Assembly: GCA_965248195.1 (NCBI GenBank)
Contig: CBDFIQ010000001.1
Coordinates: 256,001-320,000 of the forward strand
Source: Longimicrobiales bacterium
GTDB taxonomy: Bacteria > Gemmatimonadota > Gemmatimonadetes > Longimicrobiales > Gaopeijiaceae
Length of the DNA: 64,000 nucleotides
Direction: 5' to 3'
The stretch's first letter is position 1; each line of letters opens with the position of its first letter. A program made the position numbers and the translations under genes. Positions 1 through 10,072 of the stretch are shown here, piece after piece. Below the pieces are notes generated by a model that was given only the letters and a program-made list of their open reading frames with translations, was not told the origin of the DNA and did not search any database.

Positions 1-1999
1 GGAGCTCCAACGGGGCGTCGGGGAGAACCTGCGTGCCTCCGCTGCTGAGCGCCCTGGTCTGGACCAAAAGATCACCCATGACCATCTGGATCGATGAGCC
101 GGCTCCTCCCGTATTGGGAACGTCCACTCCCGCCAGAAGAGGGTGATTCCTGATCCGCTCAGGAGTCTGGCCGACCGGCAACGACCAGACCTGCCTGCCC
201 GTGTTCATCTGGAAGGCGGAGAGCTGGTTGTCGAGGGGCTTGTAGAGCCGCAGGCCCTCGATCGTCTCCAGCCGCCCCTCCCCTGTGCCACCCCCGGGTA
301 GCCACGCTGCCACCGTGGTGCCCGTGGTGGGAGTATAGTTGGGAGTGGCACCGCCCTCGTCAGGTACGGCGTACTCCGTGCGTTCTTCGTCCAACCCGTT
401 GGTGGGCGCCATGAACTGGCGGGCGCTGCAGGTCCGGCTGTGCGACGCGTACATCATTCCCGTGCTGGGATCCGCGACCGCGGGACGGGGGATGTTCAAC
501 CCCCCCTGGCAACCGACGTTGTTGACGAAGTCGTTGTCGTGGTCGAAGGGAAGCGGTGGCACGTAGAGGCCCCCGACCTGGAACTGACTCAGCATGATCT
601 GCGCCTGCGCATTCAGCTCCGGAGTGTAGTCGATGAGGTACTCTTCGGTCAGCCCGTCCACTACGATGGGGTCCAACGGTTCCGGCAGGGTCGGGTAGGG
701 CTGAGTGGCCGCAGTATAGTTGCCAGGGACTTGGGTCTGAATGACCGGGCGCTCCTCGATGGGCCAGATGGGCTCGCCGGTCGCCCGGTTGAACGCGAAG
801 ACGAGACCTTGCTTCGTGTTCTGGATCACCGCGGGAATCTGCTCACCGTCCACCGTCAGATCCATCAGAATGGGCGCCGCAGGAAGGTCATAATTCCATT
901 GGTCGCTGTGGTGGATCTGGAAGTGCCACCTCCGCTCGCCCGTCTGGACGTCCAACGCGAGGAGGCTGCCTCCGAACAGGTTGTGCCCCGGGCGATGGCC
1001 CGCGTACGTCTGGACCGTCGAAGCGTTCGTCACGAGGTACACGAGCCCCAGCTCCGGGTCGGCGGACGCGGGAGCCCACGACGACAGGTCCCCCGACCAC
1101 TGCCAAGCGTCATTCTCCCACGTTTCGTGCCCGAACTCGCCGGGCCGCGGGATCACGTGGAACTTCCAGAGCAACTCACCCGTTCTGGCATCGACCCCCA
1201 TGATGTCGCCCGGTACGTTCTGGATCCGGGTCTGGCCATAGCTGGGCTCGTGGCCCACGAGCACCACGACCACCCCGTTCACCACGATCGGCGGCGATGA
1301 ACTGGTGACCATGCCGAGCTCCCTCGGGACCCCATAATTGGCGTCGTACGGTCCTTCGTCCCAGCGCTCCCACTGGCCCCAGCCGTCTAGGAGGTCCGGC
1401 ACCATATCCCGGACACCGGTCTGTGAGAAACCGTCGAGCGGTACGGGCTCGCCCCAGCTCTCCAAGGGCCGGCCCGTCTTCGCGTCGAGCGCCCAGAGGA
1501 AGAAGGCAGGGCTAGTGAAATAGATCACTCCGCGCCCATCCACCTCGCCGTAGGCGACGCCTTTCCCGTAGGCCCGCCTGGGAGAGCGCAGAAACCTGAC
1601 GGTCTCGGGCTCGCGAAAGACCCAGAGCGTCTCGCCCGTGGCGGGATCGATCGCGACCACCTGCCGGCGCGGAGTGACCACCGTGTAGAGGATTCCGTCG
1701 ACGTAGATCGGGGTGGACCGGGCAAAGTAGTCGACGTTGGGGCCGAAGTTATCGCCCCTCCAGACCCACTGCTGCTCGAGATCCTCGAAGTTGGCGGCGT
1801 TGATTTGGGTCAGGGGCGAGGAGCGGGTGTGCCCGGCATCGCCGCCCAGATAGCGCCACTCGCCATTCTCTGTCCCTGGCAGGCGCTGAGCGAAGGCGGC
1901 CGCTGCCGTCGCCATGAAGAGTGCGAACGCGAGGCCGAGGCAAAACACGAGACTCTGCGCTCCAAAGGGTCGAAGCTCAACCTTTATCATCTTAGTCAT
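1..1999 (-). CDS. PQQ-dependent (quinoprotein glucose dehydrogenase-like) beta-propeller dehydrogenase, copy 1; 3' end runs off the window
   Basis: Absent from the ORF track because there is no stop in the window. Manual minus-strand translation from ATG 1999 (SD GGAGG upstream) gives MTKMIKVELRPFGAQSLVFCLGLAFALLMATAAAAFAQRLPGTENGEWRYLGGDAGHTRSSPL..., with a signal peptide and PQQ docking repeats (ALDAKTGRPL, ALDVQTGERRWHFQ). Colinear with 10073..12238. Confidence 0.85.
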   Translation of the reverse strand, partial: MTKMIKVELRPFGAQSLVFCLGLAFALFMATAAAAFAQRLPGTENGEWRYLGGDAGHTRSSPLTQINAANFEDLEQQWVWRGDNFGPNVDYFARSTPIYVDGILYTVVTPRRQVVAIDPATGETLWVFREPETVRFLRSPRRAYGKGVAYGEVDGRGVIYFTSPAFFLWALDAKTGRPLESWGEPVPLDGFSQTGVRDMVPDLLDGWGQWERWDEGPYDANYGVPRELGMVTSSSPPIVVNGVVVVLVGHEPSYGQTRIQNVPGDIMGVDARTGELLWKFHVIPRPGEFGHETWENDAWQWSGDLSSWAPASADPELGLVYLVTNASTVQTYAGHRPGHNLFGGSLLALDVQTGERRWHFQIHHSDQWNYDLPAAPILMDLTVDGEQIPAVIQNTKQGLVFAFNRATGEPIWPIEERPVIQTQVPGNYTAATQPYPTLPEPLDPIVVDGLTEEYLIDYTPELNAQAQIMLSQFQVGGLYVPPLPFDHDNDFVNNVGCQGGLNIPRPAVADPSTGMMYASHSRTCSARQFMAPTNGLDEERTEYAVPDEGGATPNYTPTTGTTVAAWLPGGGTGEGRLETIEGLRLYKPLDNQLSAFQMNTGRQVWSLPVGQTPERIRNHPLLAGVDVPNTGGAGSSIQMVMGDLLVQTRALSSGGTQVLPDAPLEL

Positions 2000-2029
2000 T
2001 TCTCATTCCTCCCTTGAAAGAGCAGAGTC

Positions 2030-2057
2030 GGTACCCCCTATAGTGGGTACCCCCTAT
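2030..2057. promoter_or_regulatory. Palindromic/direct-repeat operator-like site in a divergent promoter region
   Basis: GGTACCC-C-CTATAG-T-GGGTACC near-perfect palindrome (2030-2051); GGTACCCCCTAT occurs twice with a 16-bp period (2030, 2046). Confidence 0.5.
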
Positions 2058-2236
2058 GGAATTGCAACGCGATGGAACGTGGACGGTAGGTCGGGCACGA
2101 CATCGGCGCAACGCCCACTGGGCTTTGGTTTTTTCTACCGCCCCCTCCCACGAGAATCGCCGCCTTGACGGGTCTGGACCGCCCCTTCACGTTATCCCGA
2201 TCCACCAATGGGCCTTGGTTTTTCACCGGAGTCGAG

Positions 2237-4243
2237 ATGACCAACGTACGCGCCCTTCCAAACCTCATCGTGGCGCTGCCCGTCCTGGGTTTGCTCGCCG
2301 CCCCGGCCACCGCTCGTGCCCACGTTACGGACGTCGTAATTACCAGCTGTATCGACGTGCTGGAGGGTAAGTCCTTCGGAGAGACGGGACCTTATGAGAA
2401 ATGTGTGGGCAAGATCTACTTCGCCCTCGACCCCGAAAACCCGCGCAACCGCATCATCGTGGATCTGGACAAAGCGCGGCGGAATGCGCTGGGTGAGGTA
2501 GAGTTTTCTGCCGATCTCTTCGTGTTGAGGCCGAAGGACCCTTCGCGGGGGAACGGCGTGCTCTTCTTCGATGTGGTCAACCGGGGCAACAAGCTGCTGC
2601 TCGGGCGGTTCAATCTGGCCCGGGGGTCCACCGACCCAACGACCGAGGCGGACTTTGGGGACGGCTTTCTCATGAGGGAGGGTTACACACTCGTCGCATT
2701 GGGGTGGGAGGCCAGCCCGAACACTCCGGCGGTGTCCCTCTATCCTCCAACTGCCACCGAATCCGGCAGGCCGATTTACGGTCAGATCAGCAACTGGTTC
2801 GTTCCCCTCTCTCCAAGTCAGACCTTCGAGATTACCTCCTCCTATTGGACCGGATTTGAGGAGTATCCTCCGCTGGATCCGGCGGATCCCAGCTACCAGC
2901 TAACGGAGCGGCTCGGCTATCACGGCGAGCCACGTGAGGTTCCGAGGGAGAGCTGGGAGTTCGGGCAGATGGCGAACGGTGAGCTCGTTTACGATCCTCA
3001 AAACGTCTTCCTGTGGACAGGCTTCAGGCCCGGCTACACGTACGAGCTCACCTATGAAACGAAGGATCCACTCGTGATCGGAGTGGGTTTCGCGGCAATC
3101 CGTGATGTGGCGTCCTACTTCAAGTTCGATCCGGATGCCGAGGTGCAGGGTCGTTACGCGTATGCGTATGGTGTCTCTCAGACCGGGCGGTACCTACGGC
3201 AGATGATCTACGAAGGCTTCACCGTCGACGAACGTGGCGACCGCAAGGCTCTCGACGCGATCTTCGTCCACGCGGGAGGGGCGTCGTTGGGTCCTTTCAA
3301 TGAGCGCTTCGGACAGGCGAACGACGGCGGATTCCACTCCCAGACGAAGTTTCCCATCCTCTACCAAGAGACCCGGGATCCCGCTACGGGCAGGACCGAC
3401 GGCCTCGGAGCTCGAATCCCCGACGGCCTGCATCCGAAGGTCTTCCTCTACGAGACTTCGTCCGAGTACTGGGACCGGGGGCGCGTCGTCGGGCTCAACC
3501 ATACCTCTATCGACGGGCTCGAAGACGTCCCGCTCGCCGAAAACGTCCGCTTCTATCTGATGGGGTCGATACCCCACAGCAACGGATCCCTCCCTCCGGC
3601 GGATCGCTTCGCCCAGCAGCAGAAGGGGAATCCGATTGACGTGCGACCGTCGATGCGTGCGCTCTTGCTCGGGCTCGACCGTTGGGTTCGGGAAGACGAG
3701 CTGCCGCCGCCGAGCAGGCACCCCACGCTCTCAGAGCAAACCCTCATCGATCGGAGCGAGATCGAGTTTCCCGGGATTCCCGGTGTACAGTGGCCGTACG
3801 AGGTGCCCGGAGGATACAGGTCGGATCTCCCCGGCCGGCTGATCGACAATCCTCTACCCTTCCTGGTTCCTGCCGTGGACGCGGACGGGAACGAAACGAG
3901 CGGCGTACTCCTGCCCGAGGTCGCCGTGCCGCTGGGGACCTACACCGGCTGGGCCTTTCGCAGCGTGCAAGCCGGCGCGCCCAGTGAAATCCTGATGATG
4001 GCCGGAACCTACGTTCCGTTCGCGCGCACCCGCGCGGAGCGGCGGGAGTGGAACGATCCGCGGCCATCCGTGGAGGAGCGGTACCCTAGTCGGGCGGAAT
4101 ACCTGCGGCGCTCCGCCGAGGCCGCCCGGCTCTTGGTCGAGGAGGGCTATCTCCTGAGCGAAGATCTTCAGCGAGTCGTGGGCGGGGGAGCTGCGCTTTG
4201 GGACTGGCTGATGGAGCAGAGCTCCGAGGCGCTGCGTCCCTGA
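2237..4243 (+). CDS. Secreted alpha/beta-hydrolase domain protein (Abhydrolase_10-like)
   Basis: Signal peptide after ATG 2237; FDVVNRGN motif, GVSQTGRYLR nucleophile elbow, and C-terminal PAVDADGNE...EVAVPLGTYTGW...ERYPS typical of this family. Confidence 0.7.
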   Translation: MTNVRALPNLIVALPVLGLLAAPATARAHVTDVVITSCIDVLEGKSFGETGPYEKCVGKIYFALDPENPRNRIIVDLDKARRNALGEVEFSADLFVLRPKDPSRGNGVLFFDVVNRGNKLLLGRFNLARGSTDPTTEADFGDGFLMREGYTLVALGWEASPNTPAVSLYPPTATESGRPIYGQISNWFVPLSPSQTFEITSSYWTGFEEYPPLDPADPSYQLTERLGYHGEPREVPRESWEFGQMANGELVYDPQNVFLWTGFRPGYTYELTYETKDPLVIGVGFAAIRDVASYFKFDPDAEVQGRYAYAYGVSQTGRYLRQMIYEGFTVDERGDRKALDAIFVHAGGASLGPFNERFGQANDGGFHSQTKFPILYQETRDPATGRTDGLGARIPDGLHPKVFLYETSSEYWDRGRVVGLNHTSIDGLEDVPLAENVRFYLMGSIPHSNGSLPPADRFAQQQKGNPIDVRPSMRALLLGLDRWVREDELPPPSRHPTLSEQTLIDRSEIEFPGIPGVQWPYEVPGGYRSDLPGRLIDNPLPFLVPAVDADGNETSGVLLPEVAVPLGTYTGWAFRSVQAGAPSEILMMAGTYVPFARTRAERREWNDPRPSVEERYPSRAEYLRRSAEAARLLVEEGYLLSEDLQRVVGGGAALWDWLMEQSSEALRP

Positions 4244-4321
4244 AGTAAGCCGCCATGGCAAGCTCGTTAGACCGGCATGCGTAGGTTCTCAATTTCACTG
4301 CAACGATTCCAAGGAGATTTC

Positions 4322-5596
4322 ATGCACTTCGCTCTTGGAGGTTTCGCCCTTTTTGCCATTGCTGGAGGACTCGGCGCTCAAACGACCGTCCTGCATTGCG
4401 GCTCCTTGATCGATGCGGAAGCCCTCGCCATACGGGGCGAACGCACGATCGTCGTACAAGACGGACGAATCGCTAGCGTGAGCGAGGGGTTCGCTCCGTC
4501 GAATCCCAACTCAACCGTCGTCGATCTGCGCGACCAGACCTGTATGCCGGGTCTGATCGATCTTCATGTTCATCTTTCATCTGAACAGAGTCCGAACAGA
4601 ACCGTCGAGCGGTTCACATTGGATCCTGCAGACTACGCGTTTCGAAGTGTTGGAAACGCAGAAAGGACTTTGATCGCCGGGTTCACGACCGTTCGTGACC
4701 TGGGCAACGTGGTGGGCCGGGCATTACGCGACGCCATCAACGAGGGTCGAATCCCAGGCCCACGGATCTTCCAGGCGGGTCGCATTGCCTCGACCGGCTC
4801 TCATATGGATCCGACCAATGGCTGGCGGACCGACCTCATGAGTAATCCTGGCCCGATGGAGGGGATTATCAACAGCCCCGAGGAGGCACGGCAGGCGGTG
4901 CGGCAACGTTATAAGGAGGGCGCCGACCTCATCAAGATTCCCGCGACAGGAGGCGTGCTGAGCCTCGCTCCAAACGGCGACGGCCCCCAGATGACGGAAG
5001 AGGAAATCCGCGCAATCGTGCAGACCGCCAGCGACTACGGGTTCCATGTAGCGGCTCATGCACATGGCGCAGAGGGAATCAAGCGCGCAATCCGAGCAGG
5101 TGTCCGGACCATTGACCATGGCTCGCTCATGGACGAAGAAGGGATGGAGCTCATGAAGGAGTATGGAGCCTACCTCGTCCCCACGATCAGTGCCGGCAGG
5201 TTTGTGGCTGAACAAGCCGAAATCGAGGGCTTCTTTCCGGAGATGATTCGGGTGAAAGCCGCAGCGATCGGACCCATGCTCATGGGGACCGTCATACGGG
5301 CATACGCGGCAGGCGTCAAAATCGCGTTCGGAACGGACGCCGGGGTCCCCCCCCATGGCACCAATGGTCAGGAGTTTGGACTCATGGTTGAAGCAGGCAT
5401 TCCCGCTATCGAGACGATTCAGTCGGCGACGCTGACAGCAGCGGTCGTGCTCGGGATGGAAGATCAGCTCGGCTCGGTGGAACCTGGCAAGATCGCGGAT
5501 ATTGTCGCCGTACCAGGCGACCCCACCACCGACATCTCGGTTATGGAGCGAGTTGACTTCGTCATGAAGGAGGGTGTCGTCTACCGGTCCCCATAG
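4322..5596 (+). CDS. Secreted metal-dependent amidohydrolase (Xaa-Pro dipeptidase-like subgroup)
   Basis: SD AAGGAG before ATG 4322; PGLIDLHVH, GFTTVRDLG, DLIK, AAHAHG, IDHG, FGTDAG, GKIADIVAV motifs. Confidence 0.85.
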   Translation: MHFALGGFALFAIAGGLGAQTTVLHCGSLIDAEALAIRGERTIVVQDGRIASVSEGFAPSNPNSTVVDLRDQTCMPGLIDLHVHLSSEQSPNRTVERFTLDPADYAFRSVGNAERTLIAGFTTVRDLGNVVGRALRDAINEGRIPGPRIFQAGRIASTGSHMDPTNGWRTDLMSNPGPMEGIINSPEEARQAVRQRYKEGADLIKIPATGGVLSLAPNGDGPQMTEEEIRAIVQTASDYGFHVAAHAHGAEGIKRAIRAGVRTIDHGSLMDEEGMELMKEYGAYLVPTISAGRFVAEQAEIEGFFPEMIRVKAAAIGPMLMGTVIRAYAAGVKIAFGTDAGVPPHGTNGQEFGLMVEAGIPAIETIQSATLTAAVVLGMEDQLGSVEPGKIADIVAVPGDPTTDISVMERVDFVMKEGVVYRSP

Positions 5597-5726
5597 ACGG
5601 CCGTTTCAGACCCTGGTCCCTGCTTGCGCCCTCTTTCCCCCTCACGACAGATTGGGCCCGACCAACCTGGTCATGCTCCGAGAAAGTCGGGCCACTCAGG
5701 AATCGACCCAAAAACGAGGTGATCCC

Positions 5727-8312
5727 ATGTCCTGTTCATCCATCCGGCGGGCTGCCGCCAGGCTCGGCCGGCTCGCACCGGTCTCGGCTCTCAGTGTGGC
5801 GGCCTCTGCCGGCTTCGCACCCTCGGCCGTGGCACAGGAGAGCCCACTGCCCAGCATCGAAAACAAGACCCAGAACGCCGATCGCATGGAGGGGTTCTTC
5901 ACCCTCTACTGGGAGGATTCCAGCGGGTCTCTGTACTGGGAGATCGACGAGCTGGGTACCGAGTTCCTCTATCAGATCTCCATGGGGTCGGGACTTGGAA
6001 GCAATCCGGTCGGCATCGACAGGGGTCAGCTAAGGGGCACACACGTTCTGGAGCCGAGGCGCATCGGTCCCCGCGTACTCCTCATCGAGCCCAACTACCG
6101 GTTCCGCGCGCGCAGCGACAACCCGACGGAAGCTCAAGCGGTGCGAGATGCCTTCGCACCCTCGGTGCACTGGGGTTTCGACATCGTGGCCGAGACCGGG
6201 GACCGGGTTCTGGTGGATGCGACGGAGTTCTTCCTTCGTGACGCCCGTGGCGTCGTGGAGCAGATCGCGCAGCGGAACCAGGGTCGCTTTGAGCTCGATC
6301 CGTCCCGGAGCGCGCTCCACTTGCCCGCGACTCGATCTTTCCCGGAGAATACCGAGGTCGAGGCCATTCTCACCTTCACGAGCGCCGAGCCCGGTGGGTT
6401 GGTCCGGGGCGTAGCCGCGACCGGCGGAGCCATAACACTGCGGCAGCACCACTCCTTCATCCGGCTACCCGATGACGGCTACCGCACCCGCACCGCGGAC
6501 CCGAGGGTAGGGGTGAACGGTCCCACGGTGTACGACTACTCTACCGCCATCGACGAGGACACGCGCCTCAGATGGGCGGCGCGCCATCGCTTGGAGAAGC
6601 GCAATCCCGGGCCCGGGCCGTCCGAGCCCCTCGAGCCCATCGTCTACTACGTGGATCCGGGCACACCGGAGCCGATTCGCAGCGCGTTGATCGAAGGAGC
6701 GAGCTGGTGGAACGAGGCCTTCGAGGCCGCGGGATTCATCGACGCCTTCCAGGTCGAGGTGCTGCCCGTAGGCGTGGACCCGCAGGACATCCGCTACAAC
6801 ATGATCCACTGGACCCACCGCCGAACGCGTGGCTACTCCTACGGGAACACCGTGGCGGACCCGCGCACGGGTGAGATCGTGCGTGGGGTGGTGAACCTCG
6901 GGAGCCTTCGGCTCAGGCAGGACTACCTCCACGGCCAGGGTATGGTGGCCCCCTTCCCCGGAGGAATCTCCTCAGTGGATGGTGGCGGGTACTTCGATTT
7001 CGCTGTGGCCCGGGACGGACTAGGCGCCTACTACGAGACGGGCGATTTGGCAGGGGCGCCGAATTTCGAGTACCTGGCTCAGGTGGTGGACGAATCGGAG
7101 GCGGTAGAGATGGCACTGGCGCGAGTTCGTCAGCTCTCGGCCCACGAGGTCGGCCATACGCTCGGATTCCCTCACAACTATATTGCGAGCGCTTACGGAC
7201 GGGAGAGCGTGATGGACTATCCCGCGCCGCTAGTCGAGATCGATGAGGATGGCAACCTCGATCTGTCCAACGCCTACGTGCAGCGGATCGGAGAGTACGA
7301 CAAGCTCTCCGTGAACTGGCTCTATCGTGAATTCCCGACCGGCACGGATGAAGTCAATTCGTTGGCCCTGATCGCTCAGCGGGGGGTCGAGGAGGGCCTC
7401 ATCTACATGGGGCACACGAACAACAACTTCATCGGGGCAGGTCACCAGTATGCCGGCGTCTGGGACAACGGCGTCAACCTCGTCGACCACCTCAAGCTCG
7501 AGATCCGGGTGCGCGAGATCGGGCTCGAACGCTTCGGAGTCAATGCGATTCGGACGGGCGAGCCACTTTCCAATCTGGAGTACGTGCTGCTCCCTCTGTA
7601 CATGCATCACCGCTTTCAGCTCCGCTCGGCGGCCCAGAGCCTCGGGGGTGCAGACTACCGGAACGCGGTGAAGGGAGACGGCCAGACCCCCTTCACGATC
7701 GTTCCCGGCGAGGAGCAGCGCGACGCCCTAGAGACCATCCTGTCCACCCTTACGGTCGACTTCCTGGCGCTCCCGGAGGACATCGTGTCCTTGATCCCGC
7801 CACCGGCCTACCGGTATGGTGAAGGCGAGGCCTTCCCTGGTCATACCGAGCTTCTGTTCGATCCTCTGGGAGCCGCTGAAGCCGCGGCCAACTTCTCCGT
7901 CGGGGAAATCCTCCACCCGCAGCGCATGGCCAGGCTGGTGGTCTTCGGGAGCATGGGGGACTACCCCGACCTGGAGGAGGTCACCGATCGGCTGATCGAG
8001 GCTACGTGGAACTCGCCCCAGGCGGCGGACGAGTACCGGCAGCGCGTCATCCATGGCGTTCAGCGCTCGGTGGCCGATCGCATGATGCAAGAGGCGAGCA
8101 GTGCCGGTAACCCTGCCGAGGTCCGTGCGGTTCTGTCCGATCGTCTCGATAGGCTCGCCGCGGGCATCGAGAGCACGTCGGCGCCGTCACCGCACCAGCG
8201 GCTCGTGGCCGCGGACATTCGCCGCTGGCAGGCGCGCATCGAGAACACCGTGCCCGGACCGCAGCTGCAGATGCTCGCCGGCGATCCGATCGGAGGAAGC
8301 AACCGGAACTGA
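5727..8312 (+). CDS. Secreted zinc metalloprotease (DUF5117/DUF4953, EcxA-like)
   Basis: Signal peptide; HEVGHTLGFPHN zinc motif and SVMDY Met-turn; DPRVG, PIVYYVD, WNEAFEAAGF family motifs. Confidence 0.85.
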   Translation: MSCSSIRRAAARLGRLAPVSALSVAASAGFAPSAVAQESPLPSIENKTQNADRMEGFFTLYWEDSSGSLYWEIDELGTEFLYQISMGSGLGSNPVGIDRGQLRGTHVLEPRRIGPRVLLIEPNYRFRARSDNPTEAQAVRDAFAPSVHWGFDIVAETGDRVLVDATEFFLRDARGVVEQIAQRNQGRFELDPSRSALHLPATRSFPENTEVEAILTFTSAEPGGLVRGVAATGGAITLRQHHSFIRLPDDGYRTRTADPRVGVNGPTVYDYSTAIDEDTRLRWAARHRLEKRNPGPGPSEPLEPIVYYVDPGTPEPIRSALIEGASWWNEAFEAAGFIDAFQVEVLPVGVDPQDIRYNMIHWTHRRTRGYSYGNTVADPRTGEIVRGVVNLGSLRLRQDYLHGQGMVAPFPGGISSVDGGGYFDFAVARDGLGAYYETGDLAGAPNFEYLAQVVDESEAVEMALARVRQLSAHEVGHTLGFPHNYIASAYGRESVMDYPAPLVEIDEDGNLDLSNAYVQRIGEYDKLSVNWLYREFPTGTDEVNSLALIAQRGVEEGLIYMGHTNNNFIGAGHQYAGVWDNGVNLVDHLKLEIRVREIGLERFGVNAIRTGEPLSNLEYVLLPLYMHHRFQLRSAAQSLGGADYRNAVKGDGQTPFTIVPGEEQRDALETILSTLTVDFLALPEDIVSLIPPPAYRYGEGEAFPGHTELLFDPLGAAEAAANFSVGEILHPQRMARLVVFGSMGDYPDLEEVTDRLIEATWNSPQAADEYRQRVIHGVQRSVADRMMQEASSAGNPAEVRAVLSDRLDRLAAGIESTSAPSPHQRLVAADIRRWQARIENTVPGPQLQMLAGDPIGGSNRN

Positions 8313-8439
8313 GATGGGCGGTGTGCGTGGCCGGGTGGGCGGCCTCTCCAGACCGTGGCGATCGGTTCCGCCGCGGCACATGGAGGAGCCGTCCCTTTGG
8401 GGTCGAGAGAAGCTGCCCATTTGGGTCGAAAAGTTCGGG

Positions 8440-9577
8440 TCAGATCCTCAGAAAGGTCTTCTTCCGGTACAAGAAGTACAGGAAGGCCCACTCGACAAGG
8501 ACGAAGCCGATCCACCACAGCACGCGCTGGGCCGGCTCGCCGAACGATGACAGCAAGCCCTCGAAGAAGAAGTTCGTGGTGTAGGCGATGTCGATGAAGC
8601 CGCCGGCCATGTAGATAAGAATCGAGTTCATGCCGATGACCACGAAGAAGAACGCCCACCTGGTGTATCCCCATACGTCGATCACCAGGTAAAACAGGGC
8701 GAGCAACAGCAGGCTCCAACCACCGGCGAAGAGAACGAACGAGCTAGACCACAGGTTCTTGTTGATCGGAAAGGCGAAGCCCCAGAGATAGCCGAGCACC
8801 AGGCCGGCGACACCGGCTCCGGCGAGCAGGAGGGCTTTACGCTGGCGCGTCACCCCGGGGAGGTCGCGGCGCAACAAGCGTGCCGGCGAACACACCGAGC
8901 AGCGCGGTAGAGATGGCCGGTATCGTGGACAGCAGCCCCTCGGGGTCGTGCACACCGAGGTACAACCTGCCGGGCAACAGCATCCGGTCGACGTAGCCGG
9001 CCAAACTGCCGTCGAGGGTCAGTTGCCCCGCCCCGAAGCCGGGAACAGGAACCAGCTTCATCGCCGCCCAGTAGCCCACCAGCAGGCCGACGAACCACAT
9101 CACCTGGCCGCGCAACTTGGTGTTCACCACGATCAGCCCAGCGAACACGTAGGCGAGTCCGATGCGACCCAGCACGCTGGCGAAACGCGTCTCGGCGAAG
9201 CTCACCCGGAACAGGCCGTTGTTGTAGATGATGCCGAGAACCACCAGGATGAGGCCGCGCCGCACGACGTGCAGCATGAGCTTCTTCTTGTCCTCGCCCC
9301 GCTCCACGCGCCGCGTCAATGAGAACGGCATCGCCACCCCGGCGATGAACAGGAACAGCGGGAAGATCATGTCATAGAAGACGAATCCGTCCCACTCGAC
9401 GTGCACCAACTGGGTCGAGGCCCAGATCGCCACCGCCCAACCGGTGAGGTCGGCAAGCGAATGGACGATCCCTTCGCCGCCGACGATCCAGAACATGTCG
9501 AAGCCGCGCAGTGCGTCCAGCGACACGAGGCGGCGAGAAGGCGCCGAGGGTGGCGATGGCGGAAATTGATCGGACAG
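8440..9577 (-). pseudogene. DUF5009/HGSNAT-like (NagX-like) membrane acyltransferase, frameshifted near 8878
   Basis: N half RLVSLDALRGFDMFWI...DMIFPLFLFIAG...DPEGLLSTIPAI (8837..9526) continues in another frame as LLRRDLP...PINKNLWSSSFVL...GMNSILIY (8440..8955). A net +1 shift at GGC ACG C TTG TTG restores one ORF. May be a sequencing error; start uncertain. Confidence 0.75.
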
Positions 9578-9712
9578 GGGCGCACTCCGGGCTCAGACCG
9601 AGGTCAACATCCGAGAGCGAGCCGGTACGCGCAAGCAGTCTCTTTGTCCTCCCTGGGAACCCGCCGAGGGCCGAGGTTACACGACCCCTGGCGACGGTTT
9701 GAGCTCTAGCGG

Positions 9713-10040
9713 TCAGGGAATGGGAGCTACAGGAACAGGTGTGAGTTCGTTGGTCATGGAGCCGTTGCCCAGTTGCCCATTCCCCCCCTCTCCCCAGCAG
9801 AACCCAGCGCCGCTGGTTGTCACACCGCAAGCATGCAGGTCTCCCGTACTGATCGACGGCCGTCGCGTCCGGGTCGATGGTTACACTCGGAGGGTCGACG
9901 GTCACCGAGGCCACTTGTAACGAAGCGACCGTCGAGGACTCGCACCCCCCGTGTAAAACGAGGGCGGCCGCTCCGATTAGCCAGATGATTCCCGGAAACC
10001 GACGGTGGACCTCTCGAACGAAGCGCTTGGCGGTCGTCAC
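9713..10040 (-). pseudogene. Relic of an Ig-like (Big_2) + RCC1-repeat lipoprotein with a large internal deletion
   Basis: Lipoprotein-like signal (..LVLHGGC) and the start of an Ig fold (QVASVTVDPPSVTI) are joined out of frame to SISTGDLHACGVTTSGAGFCWGEGGNGQLGNGSMTNELTPVPVAPIP*, a typical terminal RCC1 repeat. Confidence 0.7.
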
Positions 10041-10072
10041 AAGGCCGGATCCAACGGTTGCTCAGTCTGGAA

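Noticed and set aside
9372..10040. 222-aa ORF as a real protein
   Set aside because: Chimeric read-through of a deletion relic that overlaps the DUF5009 gene out of frame.
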